From Microbotryum violaceum (lineage: Eukaryota): DNA of 64,000 nt. The first letter of the stretch is position 1; each line of letters begins with the position of its first letter. The notes beneath the pieces are model-generated. The model was given only the letters and a program-made list of their open reading frames with translations, had not been told where the DNA came from and searched no databases. Shown here piece after piece: positions 50,365-63,796 of the stretch. The translations under genes were made by a program, and so were the position numbers. The DNA is taken from positions 1,488,001 to 1,552,000 of the forward strand of contig CDLV01000011.1 of the NCBI GenBank assembly GCA_001244265.2, in the 5' to 3' direction.

Positions 50365-53300
50365 CTAAAAGAACCCCCGACTATCGAGGTCCTTGGAGTT
50401 GCCCGGCCCGGCCTGTCCGCCTTGTTGACCGGCTTGGGCGTGGTGAGGTTGTCCTTGCATCTGGTGTTGCTGCGGTTGTTGCGCTCCGTAACCGTACGAA
50501 CCTTGCCCGTACCCTCGCAACTGGTTCGACGCACCAGCATTGTTGTAACCCCTTCGACCACCCTGTTGTTGTTGCTGAGGTTGTTGTTGCTGCTGTTGCG
50601 CGCCGTAGCCGTAGTAACCGTAACCTTGTTGCGGCAACCCGGCTTGGTAACCGTACGCGGGTTGTTGGTAGCCGTATCCACCGTACGCGCCGTAAGGCGA
50701 GTAACCGGCTCCGCCACCGTAACCACCCATCATCTGGCCGTAGCCACCTTGCTGGTGCTGTTGCTGTTGCTGCTGTTGTTGTGGCTGAGGAACAGGGGTC
50801 GTCGCGGCCGCAGTGCCGTTCGCGGTCGGATCGGCCGTGGGTTGAACACCTTGCGAAGGCGGTTGTTGTTGCTGGGCATGGTGTTGCTGCTGCGAGTACT
50901 GCGCGTACGCATCGTAGAAGCCCATGCGCGAGACGTCCTGACCACCACCGTAGAAGGACAAATAGTCCGACGCGGACTGCTGTTGCTGCGGTGGTTGAGC
51001 CTGTTGTTGCGCTTGCTGAGGAGCATTACCGAACGGCGAGGCGGTGGAGTTGAAAGGCGAGGCACCGTAGGCCGAAGGTTGAGGCGCCGGCGAGTGGGCT
51101 TGTTGCGCCGGGTTTTGGAAGTAAGGCGAAGCGGCCGAGTGGTCGTTCTTGATGAACGAGCTAACACCGTAAGGGTTCGAAGCATCCTCGGCGGAAGATT
51201 GTTGAGGCGCTTGCGGTTGTTGCTGCTGCTGTTGTTGCGGCTGCTGTTGCTGCTGCGGCTGTTGGTACTGTTGCGGCAGGCCGTAAGATTGGTTCGGGTA
51301 ACGAGCGAAAGCGGATTGTTGGCCGAACAGGTTGGGCGGAGCCTGCGAGAAGGCACCGGCACCGGTCGAGTCGAGTTGCTGCGCCTGTTGGTAGCCTTGC
51401 GACGATTGGTCGGCGTAGCCACCTTGTTGAGCGTATTGTTGGCCGTAGCTGAGATCACGAAACAACGAACAACACGTCAGTTTTATGACATCTTCCCGAG
51501 TACGGTCTTACTGACCCAAAGAACTTACCCTTGTTGCTGCAGCTGTTGTTGAGCTTGTTGCTGAGGTTGCTGTTGCGCAATCGGCTCACTCTTTTGTTGT
51601 TGTTCTTGCTGCTGTTGTTGTTGCTGCAAATGCTCCTGACCGAACGACGGTTGCCCGTCGAACAAGCTCAAGCTACCGAACTGAACGCCGATCGGCGCTT
51701 GCTCGGACGAGGTCGCGCCGGGCAAGACGACGGCCTCTTGTTGGGCTCTCTTGGGCGGCAATCCGGGCGGTCCGGCGCCGAACTTGTTGTCGACCGAATC
51801 GGATACCTGGGGTTGCGACTGCTCCACGGCAGCAGCGGGTGGTTGTTGTTGCTGTTGGGCAGAAGTCGAGATCTCGATCGGTCCAGCGGCGTTGAGGTCG
51901 TTAGGTGGGAGGTGGGCCGCGACCTCGGGGAAGGTCGAAGTGTTCGTCGAAGTTTCGTTTGAAGCGACGACAACATCGGCCCATCCTTCTCCGGCGGCCA
52001 AAGGCGCCGGGGTGCCCCACGGGTCGAGGGAAGCGGAAGGAGCGGCGGCGGGGGCCGGGGCCGAGTCCTGCTGTTCGGGTTCGGCCGCAGCCCATCCCGA
52101 GGTCGTCGAGGCGGGTGCCTCTGTCGAGTCGACCGACGAGGGCAAATTGATGACGGGAGCCGAGGCGGGCTCTGCGGCGTCTTCGGGCTTCTGTTCCGAA
52201 GTAGCGGCTTCGGCGGGGGCGGGGGCAGCAGCAGGGCTAGGAGCGGGAGTGGCGACGGGGGCGAGGGGAGCGGGGGTAGGCTTAGGAGGCGAAGGAGGGC
52301 GAGCGATCTGAGCCCACGAGATCTTGGATCCCGGGGCAATGACCTTGGACTTGGGCTTGACCACGGGCGTCTCGGGTCGGTCGGACCATCCACCGGTGGC
52401 GGGCTGGCTCGGAACCCCATCACCCCATCCGACGGTAGCGGTCGTCGACTCGGTTTCGGCCGAAGCATCGGCCTTGTCCGTCGTCGCGGCGGAAACATCA
52501 CCCCATCCGGTCACGGTTTCTGTCGCAGCGGGCTCGGCAAAAGTCTCCTGTTGCTGCTCTTGTTGAGCGGGCTCTGCCTCCGGCTGCGACTCGACGACGG
52601 ACTCGGGAGCGGGCTCTGACTTCTTGACCCAGGTCGGCACCTTGAGAGCTGGCTTGGCGGCGGCGACAGCGTGGGTCGAGGTCGAAGCAGCGGGGGCGGC
52701 ATGGGTCGCATTTGACTCCCAGGTCTCGAAGGAAGCTGGGGTCGAGCTGGTGAAGGACGACGACGGCTGCCCGTTGGTCTGGGATGCGCTGCGGGTGCCG
52801 TTTGCTCCGGCAGCTCCTCCACGGCCTCCCCTGGCACCACCTCGACCTCCGCGACCACCACGGACACCTCCCTCTGTGAAGCAAACCGATAAAGGTGTTG
52901 TGGTCAGTTTCTGCTTTGTGCAGAGCTTCGAATGACTGCGTTTCGTCTAAGACGCACCAAATCCACCGCGACCGCCTCGACCGGCGAATCCTCCTCGACC
53001 GGCCGGGGTCGACGCGGGCTGTTCGGCACCCCACCCACTGTCCGCGGCGGATGGATTGGCCGAAGAGACGGAGCGGTTGGTGTTGTTGGCTGATGCTGCG
53101 GACGGTTGACTCTTTGTCTTTTTCGACTTGACGGAACCCCATTGTTCGGCGTGGCCTGGCACGCGACGGAGAAAGGGATGTTTCAGCCAAGTGAACGATG
53201 GAAAAGAGAGAAAACACGGCTCTACAGGTGAGCTTTTGGGGACTGACCCTCGGTAATCCTAAGGATGGCAAGTTCGACATCGCCGTTGGCTTCTTGCAGC

Positions 53301-53512
53301 GCAAAGAGCACGTCCTCGTCGGACCAGTCGGGGAAGAGTTCCTTGGCGGTCGCGAGCTGGGACTTGTACTGGCTACGCAGCCTGGCGACCTCTTGGTTGT
53401 CGTCCTGGACGTGCACCTGGTGTTGCTGTTGTTGGTGCGACTTGGACGGGGCGTGGGAGGAGCGGCCTCGCCCTCTTCCTCGTGGTGCTGCCGAAGCTGT
53501 GGTCGATGACAT
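50365..53512 (-). CDS. DEF1: Def1/UBAP2L-like protein: CUE domain, RGG box and Q/Y/G-rich tail
   Basis: [42 protein letters not shown], RGG repeats, ISWAQIAR, AVVLPG...GVQFGSL and poly-Q tracts; three canonical introns. Confidence 0.8.
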
Positions 53513-54479
53513 GGTCACAATGCGGGGGGAGGGGGAGGGGCGGAAAAAGAAAGGGGGGAACAAGCAGCGTGTAGAGCGTAGAAAGAGATCAAGAGATGGA
53601 GGAGCGGTGTGAAGATGGAGTGAGTAGAAGCAGCGACGACGCAAGCAAGCAAGCGAACTGTGACTTTTGAGTGGGCGCTGGAGAGAGATGTGCGTGCACG
53701 AGCTGGGGGAGTAGACAGATGAAGAGCGTCAGTACAGTAGTCAGTCAAGTTGAGAGGTGGGGGGAGGGGGAGGGGGGGGGGGGACTGACGAGTGTGCGAG
53801 TGCGGGTGGCAGAACAAGAACGAGCGGTGAGCCGGTGAGCGGTGAGCGTTGTGGAAATGAAGGGCGAAGGGCGTGTCAGTTTGCAGACTGCTCTCGTTCT
53901 CTCTCGTTTGCCAGCCGTTTGCCAGCTACATATATTAGCGCGCACGACCCTTCCACTATCGACCCTTTTTCTCCGCCGCTCTTTCGTTCTTTCGTTCGCG
54001 CGCGGGCCAAGGGGCAAATCCCGCCCATTTACTAATGCCGCGTTTCTGACTAAATTGGATTAGGACCGCGCTTGTATTTTCCCCGCGCATGCACCCAGCC
54101 CACTCCTCGGACGGACTCGTTCCTCTCGCCCTGGCTCACAAGTGCAAGCAAAACAGATGCACGGCTCGACTCCGGGAGGGAGAAAGACGCGAGGAGGGGT
54201 CGATCCGTCGTTGATCATGGAAGGATCACGCAAGCGCAGTCGCGTGCTCCCAGGTCCCGAGCCTCAGTCCCAGGCAAGTCTCTTCGTACCGTTGGCGTGT
54301 TGATGTGTGTACGTGTTTCTGTGCATTCGAACCTTAGGTTGGAATGCACAGCTCTGCCAGTGATCAAGCCGAGTGGCCGAGGCGTGCCAGGACACGGCGG
54401 TTGTTTGTCGGCCTCACCCCCCCACACGAGTTCACGCGTTAGAGGCCCCGAACCCCTCTCCCGCGCTGCGTCCACGCGG

Positions 54480-56711
54480 ATGGTCTGCTGCAGCAATTGG
54501 CTTATAGAACTTCCTCTATGACGGCAGAACCGATCGAGATGGTCCTCTGGATGGGCTTACGGCGTTGCGAACGAACCCTCCGAGTTCCTCGACGTCAGGA
54601 AACGAGGCATGGCCCTCTACGACAAGATCTGCAGTCAACATGGCCCGTATCAGTCAGTCGACTCCACATTGCGGGAAGAGCTTTTGTTTCGCCTATACTC
54701 ACCCCCCAAGTTGAACCTCCAGACCGACTCGACCGATCCACCTCGATTTCATGCGCTTGCCTTCCCGAACGGACTACCCCGACTATTACGAAATCATCAA
54801 AAAGCCGATCGACCTTACCACTATCAAGGACAGGCTCGAGAAGCGTCAGTCGCTCTGCGTATTGTTCTCGACCGTATGCTGTAGCTGACCAACCTCTGCA
54901 ATTGCCTCCACACCCAGTCGAGTACCGATCCGTTCTCGAGATCAAGGACGATTTCAACCAGTTGTTCGTCAACGCCAAGAGGTACAACGCTCCAGGATCG
55001 AGCATTTTTCTCGATGCAAGGGCACTCCATGTCAGTATTCTACATCCTCCTCGAGACTTCTTCGTACGTGCCAGTCCTCAATAATATACCCTTCTTCGGT
55101 CACCCCCCACAGAGAGTACTCAAGGACACGTTCGCGAGCTGGACGGGTGAAGCCGTGCCTACCGATGACGAGGATGCCGACGGCGAAAGAACATCGGAAC
55201 CACACAACATCTCATCTAACTCGTATAGACCCTCACCCCTCGCTTCTTCATCCTCGACACCATCGGGTGCCGGTGGCGCCCGACGAGGTCCGACCTTGCG
55301 CCCCTGGCTCAAACGCAAATTCGACGAACTGATCGGAGACGTCAATCCGCTCGGTCGTCGTTACGCCGATTCCTTCTGGACCCTTCCCGATCGAAAAGAA
55401 TCGGTCGACTATTACAAACTCGTCACTTCGCCCATCGCCTTTGAGCAAATTCGTCATAAGATCGAGAAACGCATCTACACCAACGTCGCGGCTTTTATCC
55501 ACGACGTCGACTTGTTAATGAACAATGCGTTTATTTTCAATGAGGAGAGTTCGACGAATTGGAAGGACGCCAAGTACTTGCAGCTGAAGTTCTTGGAGGT
55601 GATGAAGGAACAGCCGCCCGAGTTCGTACCGCCCCGAACGTACAACACCCAAAAGAGGCGGAAAGAGGCCGAGTTGAGGGTCATGGGGTTGTCGCATTCG
55701 TCATCGTCGACGTCGATGAATGGGTATAAAGATGGGAGGGGTAGAGGCATGAGCGCGGGTCACGGTGTGAGTGGGAGCGAGCCGCCCGAAGGGATCGAGG
55801 ATGATGCGCCAAGCGAAGATGATGATCGGGATGAAGGGGGAGAACGGGCCTTACCTCCTGGGGAAGAGTTGACCCCTATTCACTATGGTCGACCACCTGG
55901 ACCCTTAACCGTTCCGATGCCCATGTCGGTATCTCTACCCCCGGCAGCTTCGAATTTCGCCGCGCCTGCGCCAGCAAGTGCAGGAGTACCTGCAGCGTCC
56001 GTCGAGTCATCAGCAGCGATGGTCAACTCGGCTTTCGGGTCACCAATGCCCTTCAACGGGAATGGCGTCTTGCCCGCCCTTCCGGTCGTGATGAGTGGTA
56101 TTTCGGTTTCTTCGGTCGTGCCGACCTCGGGAAGTTTGGTCGATCGAATGGTAGCGAGAGTGAACGGGTCGCAAAAGAGCTCTCGTTGAGTGTTTACTCA
56201 CCATTGACAATAACAATGCGGCATAATCTGAGTGTTTCTCTCTCTCTTTCATACAGCGCTCTCGTATCTCTTGCTCCGACCCCTCAACTCGACCCACCCA
56301 GTGGGAACCTCCTCCACTCCCAACACTCACTCCACCCAACCCTTGCTCCTGATCCCAACCTTGACAGTCCGCCAGCACTTGTTATTTCTCCCTATCGATA
56401 CGGAACGCGTCGAGATCACACCTGTGCTCTCCCCGGACAGTTCGGGCAACGTACCGATGCGAGTCTTTGTTCGAGGAACGGGGACTGAATTACGCTGCGA
56501 GGAGATTGCTTTGACACCGACGACGATCACAAAGTGGAAGAAAGCTGGTTCTGCTATACCGGGTGCTTCGGCGACGGAAGGGAGAAGGAGCTGGAATGTA
56601 GTACTAGGTCCTAGGATCGCGGAAGCTCATGGAGTGGGCATCGGGGTCGTGGAAGTTGTTGTGGGTGGTGAGGGGGAGGGGGAGGTGTATAGATGTTTTT
56701 TGAGGAGGTAA
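54480..56711 (+). CDS. Tandem-bromodomain protein (RSC/polybromo-like); 5' end uncertain
   Basis: Bromodomain 1: DFMRLPSRTDYPDYYEIIKKPIDL...FVNAKRYNAPGSSIFLDA. Bromodomain 2: FWTLPDRKESVDYYKLVTSPIAF...NNAFIFNEESSTNWKDA. Confidence 0.85.
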
Positions 56712-56822
56712 GGGGCGGAACATTGAAAACTGTGCTTTTTGATGTTGATATATATTGGGTTGGACTAGGGGCGGAACATTGAAAACTGTGCTTTTTGATG
56801 TTGATATATATTGGGTTGGACT
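56711..56822. repeat. Perfect 56-bp tandem duplication
   Basis: 56711-56766 is identical to 56767-56822 (AGGGGCGGAACATTG...GGGTTGGACT). Confidence 0.95.
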
Positions 56823-56983
56823 TGGTCGAGAGGCAGAGATGCAGGACAAGTATGAGTCGTGCGGCGTGCGAGTGAGTCGCGCCGTTTGACACGTTCGTGT
56901 CGTTGTGCTTTTTTGAGACGCGACGAGTTGCACTCCGTCCCTCTCGTCCAACGCGATAGGTGCCTCTGCTACACGGCCCAATC

Positions 56984-59900
56984 ATGTCACGACGGGCTCA
57001 ACCCATACATTCACATTCGACGCCAACCTCCTCCTCCGTTCGACCTCGCCAATCCTCCCCTTCTCGATCGTTGTCCTTGTCGTACCCGCACCCACACGCT
57101 CAACCGCACGCTCAACCGCACGCTCAGCCACACCCACACCCACACCCACACCCACATGCTTCAACTTCGACCCTCCCACCCCCGACGCCCACCACGGCAA
57201 GCCAACACCCATCCCGTACACGACGAAACTCGCTCTTACCCTCCAGCACGACCACCACCTCAGCTTCCGTAGCTGACCTTTCCACCAGCCACACCTCGCA
57301 CAACCTCAGTCACGAGCAATTGCAAGGCTTGAAGCGACAACGGCATTGGAGTACATTGTCCCTCAGTCCGAGAAGGCAGGCACAAGGCACCAGTGACGCC
57401 GGTACAAGTGTTAGTAAACCTACGGCCAAGGCTAGGACGAGGTATGTGAGGGGATCGAATTTGGCCGCGCCGAATGGGGACACGAGTTATGCTGGTCGGG
57501 AGTATGGCCAGGACGAAGGAGACGAGGAAGGGGAAGGGGGAGGAGCGGATGGCGATGACGAACGTTGGACCAGGGTCGACCGAATGAGGAATTGGCGCAA
57601 CGATGCCATGACCCAACATCTCTATTCGACGGCAGAGTTTTGGGGCGCAAAGATCTTGGCCATCACAGGTGAATGTCATCCCGGCTCGAGTGAGGAAACT
57701 GACCTCGGAAGCGGAGCGAGCCCTAAAATAAAAAAAAACTGCTTCTTCCACAGCCAATCCTGACGACGCCTTCTGGCTCGCTCAAACGCATTTCCTAACC
57801 CATCAATACGCACAAGCCGAACGCATACTCACCTCCATCCGACCCGGTTCTCCCTCGGCGAGATTGACCGATACCTCGTTGGCTTGTCGGTACCTCGCTG
57901 CTCAGTGCCAAGTCCGATTGGGCAAATGGGACGACGCGTTGGAGATGGTGGGGTGGAACGGGTCGAAATTCATCTTGGATGGGTTGGATAACGATTTGGA
58001 ACAGGACGAAGAAGGAAACCACACGAGTGCAGGGGCTGCGGATAATGGGATCAAGGTGGATTTTCACTATCGGTCCATGTCTCGTCTTGATTCAACGCTG
58101 ATAATGCCACTTTGAGCTATTCACAGCTCACCGCATCAACCGCACATCTTCGGGGATTGATCCACCTTCACTTGGGAGCGACCGATCTTGCTAAAGAGGC
58201 GTTCATGGAGGCCTTGACCAAGGATGTGAAATGCTTTGAGAGCTTTCAGGTGCTCGTGGGGAGCGAGATGATGACCAATTATGAAGGTGCGTTGGCGCCA
58301 AAGGGGACAAGAACATTATTTCAAGCAACTGGCTCTGATTGGAGTGGCGTTGACGAATCTACTCTGCAGAATGGGAGTTCATACAAGGCTTGCCGTATAC
58401 TGCTCAAACCGAAGACGACGCCGACTTTATTCAGTTAATGTACACCGTGCGATTGAAGAAGGTAGGCGATGGGGCCCCAATCGGCCGTCCTGCGCATCGC
58501 TGATACAGTTATCGTCCGCTGCAGATGACTCATCATGAGGAGATGGCGACGGCGCGGCAACGCCTCACACACGAGTTTGGTCTGGGCGATGACCCCGATG
58601 TCATGTTCAGTCTCGTCGACGAGCTCTATACCAGCCTTCGTTTTGCGGAATGCTACAAGCTCACCTCAAAGTGCGTATGAGCCTTCGTCACGGTGATGCA
58701 CCTTATTCCCGTTCACTCACCCACGCTACTTCTTTCCCACACAGAATTCTGTCGATTCACTCTTCCCATCGACCGACATTACCGATCCACCTCTCGTGCA
58801 TGCACCATCTACCTCATCTACGGTCCAAGCTGTATCTCTACGCTCATCATCTCGTCGATAACGAGCCGGACGATTGCACGAGCTGGTATGCCGTTGGGCT
58901 GTGGTACTTCTCCGGCAAGAGGTGGGAAGAGTCGAGGCGGTATTTTGGGTACATCTCTATTCAACTCCAGCATTGGTTTCGTGTGCGAATATGTGGTGAC
59001 TGATATCTCTCTCTCTCTCTCGGGCTCAATCTTGCGTCTTGCGCAGTAAATCGGTCTTGCTCGACTCTCGCTTCGGACCCGCCTGGCTCGCTTTTGCGCA
59101 TTCCTACGCCTTCGAAGGCGAACACGACCAAGCCATCACGGCTTACTCCACCGCCCTTCGTCATTCCCAAGGCTCGCATCTTCCTCTCCTCTTCATTGGA
59201 ATGCAGCATTTGGGCTTGATGAATCTGACTTTGGCGCATGAGTACATCTCCACTGCACGTAAGATGTGCGAGGAGGATCCGTTGGCTAATAATGAGTTGG
59301 GCGTGGCGTGCTTTCATATGGGGAGGTCAGTGTTTGGGTCCTAGCGCTTTGTGCGGCGTTTGTTCACTGATGGAAGGCTTTCATCCCGTTAGATACGCCG
59401 AAGCGATCAACCACTTCAATTGCGCATTGGTGCTCGCCGCACGAGTGCAGGCCCCCCCGAACGCATGGGCAGCAACACATCTCAACCTCGGGCATACGTA
59501 TCGCAAGCTAGGGTGAGTCCCCGGTAGTGTTGAATACACAGCTCAAAGTACCTCTCTCTGACGTGTAAGCAACTGCATTCCCTCAGTCGTCTCGCCGAAG
59601 CGCACACCTCCTTCCGTCTCGTCATCTCCCTCGAACCTCGTTCCTCGTCCGCCTACGCCGCCCTAGGCATGGTCGAATACCGACTCTCGCACTACCAAGA
59701 AGCGATCGCGCGTTACCACGAAGCCTTATCCATCACACCGGGAGATCCCGTGGTGTGTGATTTGTTGAATTTGGCGTTGGAGGAAGCGGCAGGCTTGATT
59801 TCGAAAGGGCGGATTGGGTTCCCTGGGCTAGGGGAGGGGACGCTGAGGGATATTGATCGGATGGTGGAGGAGTTGGAGAAGGATGTCTTGTTGGGGAGAA

Positions 59901-60097
59901 GTCCGAAAATTGGTGGGGGGTTGGAGGGGATTGGAGGGGAGATGAGGGTGGGAGAACTACGCAGGAGAGATGGACGTGGGAGAGAAGCGGAGATGGGTTT
60001 GGGGTTGGAACAGGATGATGAAGAGGAGGAAGAGGAGGAGGAAGAGGATGGTCTAGGTGAGGATCAGGAGGATGAGGAGTCGATGGATATGTCCTAA
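56984..60097 (+). CDS. CDC16: Anaphase-promoting complex TPR subunit Cdc16/Cut9 (APC6)
   Basis: [39 protein letters not shown] and [28 protein letters not shown]...[12 protein letters not shown]-terminal (HP/HAQP)n tract and acidic tail. Confidence 0.94.
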
Positions 60098-60978
60098 GAG
60101 GTGGTCTTCCTTGTAGCTGTAGTGCTTTGGAATCCAGACGAATCGAGCGACGAAGCTCCCCATGTCACATCGCCGCGCGAACTTGATGGGCTCAGCATGA
60201 GCGCGCCCGGCTCCTGTGGCCTCCTCCTGTGGCCTCCGCCTGGGGTTTATGTGTATACACGTGGGCTCCAGCCTGCAGTCCGGCATGGACCCCATTTTGA
60301 GCATGTCCATCGGAGCTTCGCCTCCACTCCATCGATATTCCCCGAACTCATCCCACAAGGCCCGGGCCTCGGGGGTAGGGGCTTGGACAGGCCCCAGTGG
60401 AATCCCGCGCAGGTCCCATGTATAGCTTCCCGCCTAGATGGACACACCGTATAGGCTCGAGGTGGACATCTTATAGACACGCTATGGCGACCCGCATACG
60501 TTCGATAGAAAGGAATCTCACGGAGGCCAGTTGGGTACGCTACAGTGCCTTTGCGGTTAGTAATACCAACATAGGGCCTGGCCCGGCATGGACTTCTTGA
60601 GGCAGCGCGCCACCAACTTTCTGAAACGCCGCTGGCCCTACACTGCCCCGATAGTTTCATTGGTCCACTGGCAGGCGGTCTGGGACTCTCGGTGATGAGA
60701 CATTTTGGGAGCACGATACGTCCGGAGCCAAAATTCGTGGCCCCTGGGCGCCTTTCGGTGACGAGTAACAACTGACTCACCACTACGACGGAGGGCCGCT
60801 TGGCCGAGTTAAATTTCGCCAGGCAACTCCAGGCACTGCCAGGAGTCTGCTGGCAGGCAGCTGAGTCGGTCGCCACAGCTCACTTCGGCGAGACGCCCCA
60901 CACCTAGTTCTCCTTCCGCCTTCCGCCGTGTCGTGTCCATCCTCAGTGCACCAGACTCGGAAGTGCGCGTCCTTAATC

Positions 60979-63035
60979 ATGGACTCAGGTGTCATCCTCG
61001 AAAAAGGTCAGCGCCTGAAGCAACCCTTGATATAGTACCACACGCAAAAACGGGGTTGCAGCAAGGCTGGCTCGTGTCGGGCGCGCCTCGCTGGGCCAAA
61101 ACCCACCCAGATTTCGTCATCCAAAGTTCTTCCGTTCGATCATCCATCGGGTTCGTGTGCAAATACTGTGGCTCGGGGCGTATGAGGAGAAGCGGGGCAA
61201 TCAAGCATGCCGCTTCGAGAAAACACCGAGTGAACGTCCCCAGGCTGGGCCACGAGCACGAGGCCGCCTCCGCCCCCGCGTTGGCCAAATATTCCTTCCT
61301 GGATTCGACAGACGAGCACGAGGTGGACAATACGGAGCTAGGGAGCGAGCAGGGTATGTGGGAGCAAAATACGTGTCCGACACCGGTACGTCCGTGACGT
61401 CATTGGAGTGGCGCTGCCTCGTGCGAAGGCTGAGTGCTGCCCCCCGCATCCGAAAAGTCAGCTAACACCTCAGAGGCCTCTAGTTGACTGTGATCTTAAA
61501 CCCTTCATTGACACGGGTCGACCTTATGCCACAGGGAAGAGCGATCGGCTCGTCTGGGCCGCCCGAGAACGACCCGGGCGCCATCCTCGCGGCCATGGGC
61601 ATTCCCGCAACGCCACATGTTGTACAATGTGCTCAAGTGAGTGGATTTGTAGACTATGTGGAGACTATTTATGCGGCTACTCATGTGAGATTCTCTGGCT
61701 ATCGGTATTCTATCCGTCAGGCATTGCTCGAGGATCCGGACATCAAGGAGCGACCCGGCTTCCTTCGCTACCTTATCTCTCAGGCACGCAGCAGCGAGGT
61801 TATTTTGGAGGAAATGGTCAAGTTGAAGGAGGAAGTGGCCAAGTTGCAGGAAGCATCGGTCGAGTGTGACTGATCTCAAGGTTCGTGCATTCTTTTCGCA
61901 AATGGCAGAATTGCTGTATTTGTGAAGAAGGAGACTGACTATCTTGCGAACACTCGAACAGCGCAAGGCGGCGATAGCGGCCAAAATCTTTGTGGCCACC
62001 CCGTTCCTTCTGTGCCACCGGAATGCAGCGCCGATCTTCGCAGTGAGGTCTCTCCTCTGCGTCCCTCTGACCAACTTGTCGACAGCCGCTAATGAGACAC
62101 GCTCGCTTGCAGGAGGCATTGCTTCGATTCGGCACGGTCACGCGCGGCGTCTGGGACTCCGATCTTGAATTCCAGACCGAGGCCCTGTCGATTTTCTCCA
62201 CTGCACTCGCGACGGCCCGTTCCGACCTGCACAAGCTCGTACGTGCCTTGAATTCTACCTCGCTCTCGCCATTGTACTGAACTTGGAACCCTTGAAGGTG
62301 TTGAACGCACCCATTTGCACAATCAGATTGGCCGAGTACAACGAAAGGAGATCGACATGCTTCAAGCACTGCGGGTATGGTACAAGGACTCTGGGACAAC
62401 TTACACGGACGAGCACCTGGCATGGTGGTCTTTTCTGGTCAGTCACCGCATAGCCGAGTTGCGGAGCTCCCTGCAAGCTTACACGATTCGCGCCTCAATT
62501 TGATCCGCAGCGCCTCGTCGAACAGACTGTCGTGGAGAGGGGGTTCGAAGACACCAAGAGGGACTTTTGGCTCCACCTTAGCGGCATTGCCACCACCGTG
62601 GCCAACAAAGCAGCCGAGCGATTCTTCCGCCCCAGATTCTGCCCCAATGGAACTTTCGACTGTTCGACGTACGTCCCTTGACTCACTACCTCGCAGCCCC
62701 CTGCCGTTAGCAAACATGGCGCTGACCGGCTGGGCCCACCTGCTCGATCAGCTTCCTCTACCGCGCGGTCGTGTCCCAGTTCTATGACGCTGACGCCTCT
62801 CCCACGACGACCCAACCCAAGGTCTCGACCACGGACTCGACATTCCAAGCACAATGCATGGCCGTGATTACGACTTGTCAACCCGTCGCCGACTTTCAAC
62901 GTCTAGTTCTCGTGAGTGCATACTACCCACTCTTCCGGCCCTTCTAAAACCTTCCGCGCACACACTAAAAGTTCGCGTGCCGCCCTACGTACATCCGTCC
63001 GACAGGAGGCGGTGCAACGAAAGGAGAAGGGATAG
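60979..63035 (+). CDS. Uncharacterised protein (about 10 exons) with an N-terminal C2H2-type zinc finger
   Basis: A run of GT-AG introns with branch sites in matching phase gives one frame from MDSGVILEKGW... to ...EAVQRKEKG*. It contains CKYC-x11-H-x5-H. One junction needs a non-standard donor (61859) or a frameshift. Confidence 0.55.
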
Positions 63036-63703
63036 TCTAGGGTAAAGCGGGCGTGAGATTTGGGAGTTGAGTGGGACGACAGTGGCCGTCGTCGAAGCCC
63101 GATCAGTGATGACAATTTACCGCGCCGTGGGCGAACTCGCGTCAGTTTTAGCCTCGTGGCAGTGCACGCTTGAGTAGGGACGTTCTCTAGGTATGTAAAT
63201 ATTGCAATTCGTTTTTTTTACCTCGTCGAACTATACCAACAGGACTGCTGGATTGATGCATCAACACCAGGATTTACACGGGGCTGTTGCGGGAGTCGTG
63301 GCTGATCCCTATAGCATCCACATAGCTATTGCATGGCGTCGATGCCGTAATCACCCCCCAAGGCGCGGCGATGAATACTCGGTGACACCCGGCAGCCGTC
63401 GACGCGGGTTTGAACTTCAACTTCAAAGCGGTGGTCACTTTAGAGCCGAACGATTCAGAGCAAGGTGGCAGGGTTCGACGGAATACAACAACCATTTCAA
63501 GTTGCTCCCAAGACAGCTTCGAGACAGTTCCCAAGACACGAGGAGATTCTGACGAATGGTGAAGAAAACGTCGTACCCGCCGTCCGGGTCTTCTACTTCA
63601 TCCCCAGGCGCGTCGAAAAACACGTATCCCGCACCAGCATTTATGTCACTCCCAAAACAATGTAGCCTGAACTGTAATCATCCTATCGGGCTATAATAAG
63701 TGA

Positions 63704-63796
63704 CTGACGAGCGTGTAATCCAACCGTCAGTTAATTACATATTATAGTAGCCGTAATGCTAGATGTACGTACCTGACGAGCGTGTAATCTAACCGT
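63704..63796. repeat. 24-bp direct repeat, 69 bp apart
   Basis: CTGACGAGCGTGTAATC(C/T)AACCGT at 63704 and 63773. Confidence 0.8.

Noticed and set aside
50221-51962. Long Leu-rich plus-strand ORFs (443 and 143 aa), and similar antisense ORFs over myosin and MFS copy 3
   Set aside because: They are shadows of CAG/CAA-rich or codon-biased genes on the opposite strand.
63202-63665. Short ORFs at the right end of the window
   Set aside because: No recognisable motif or consistent exon structure.
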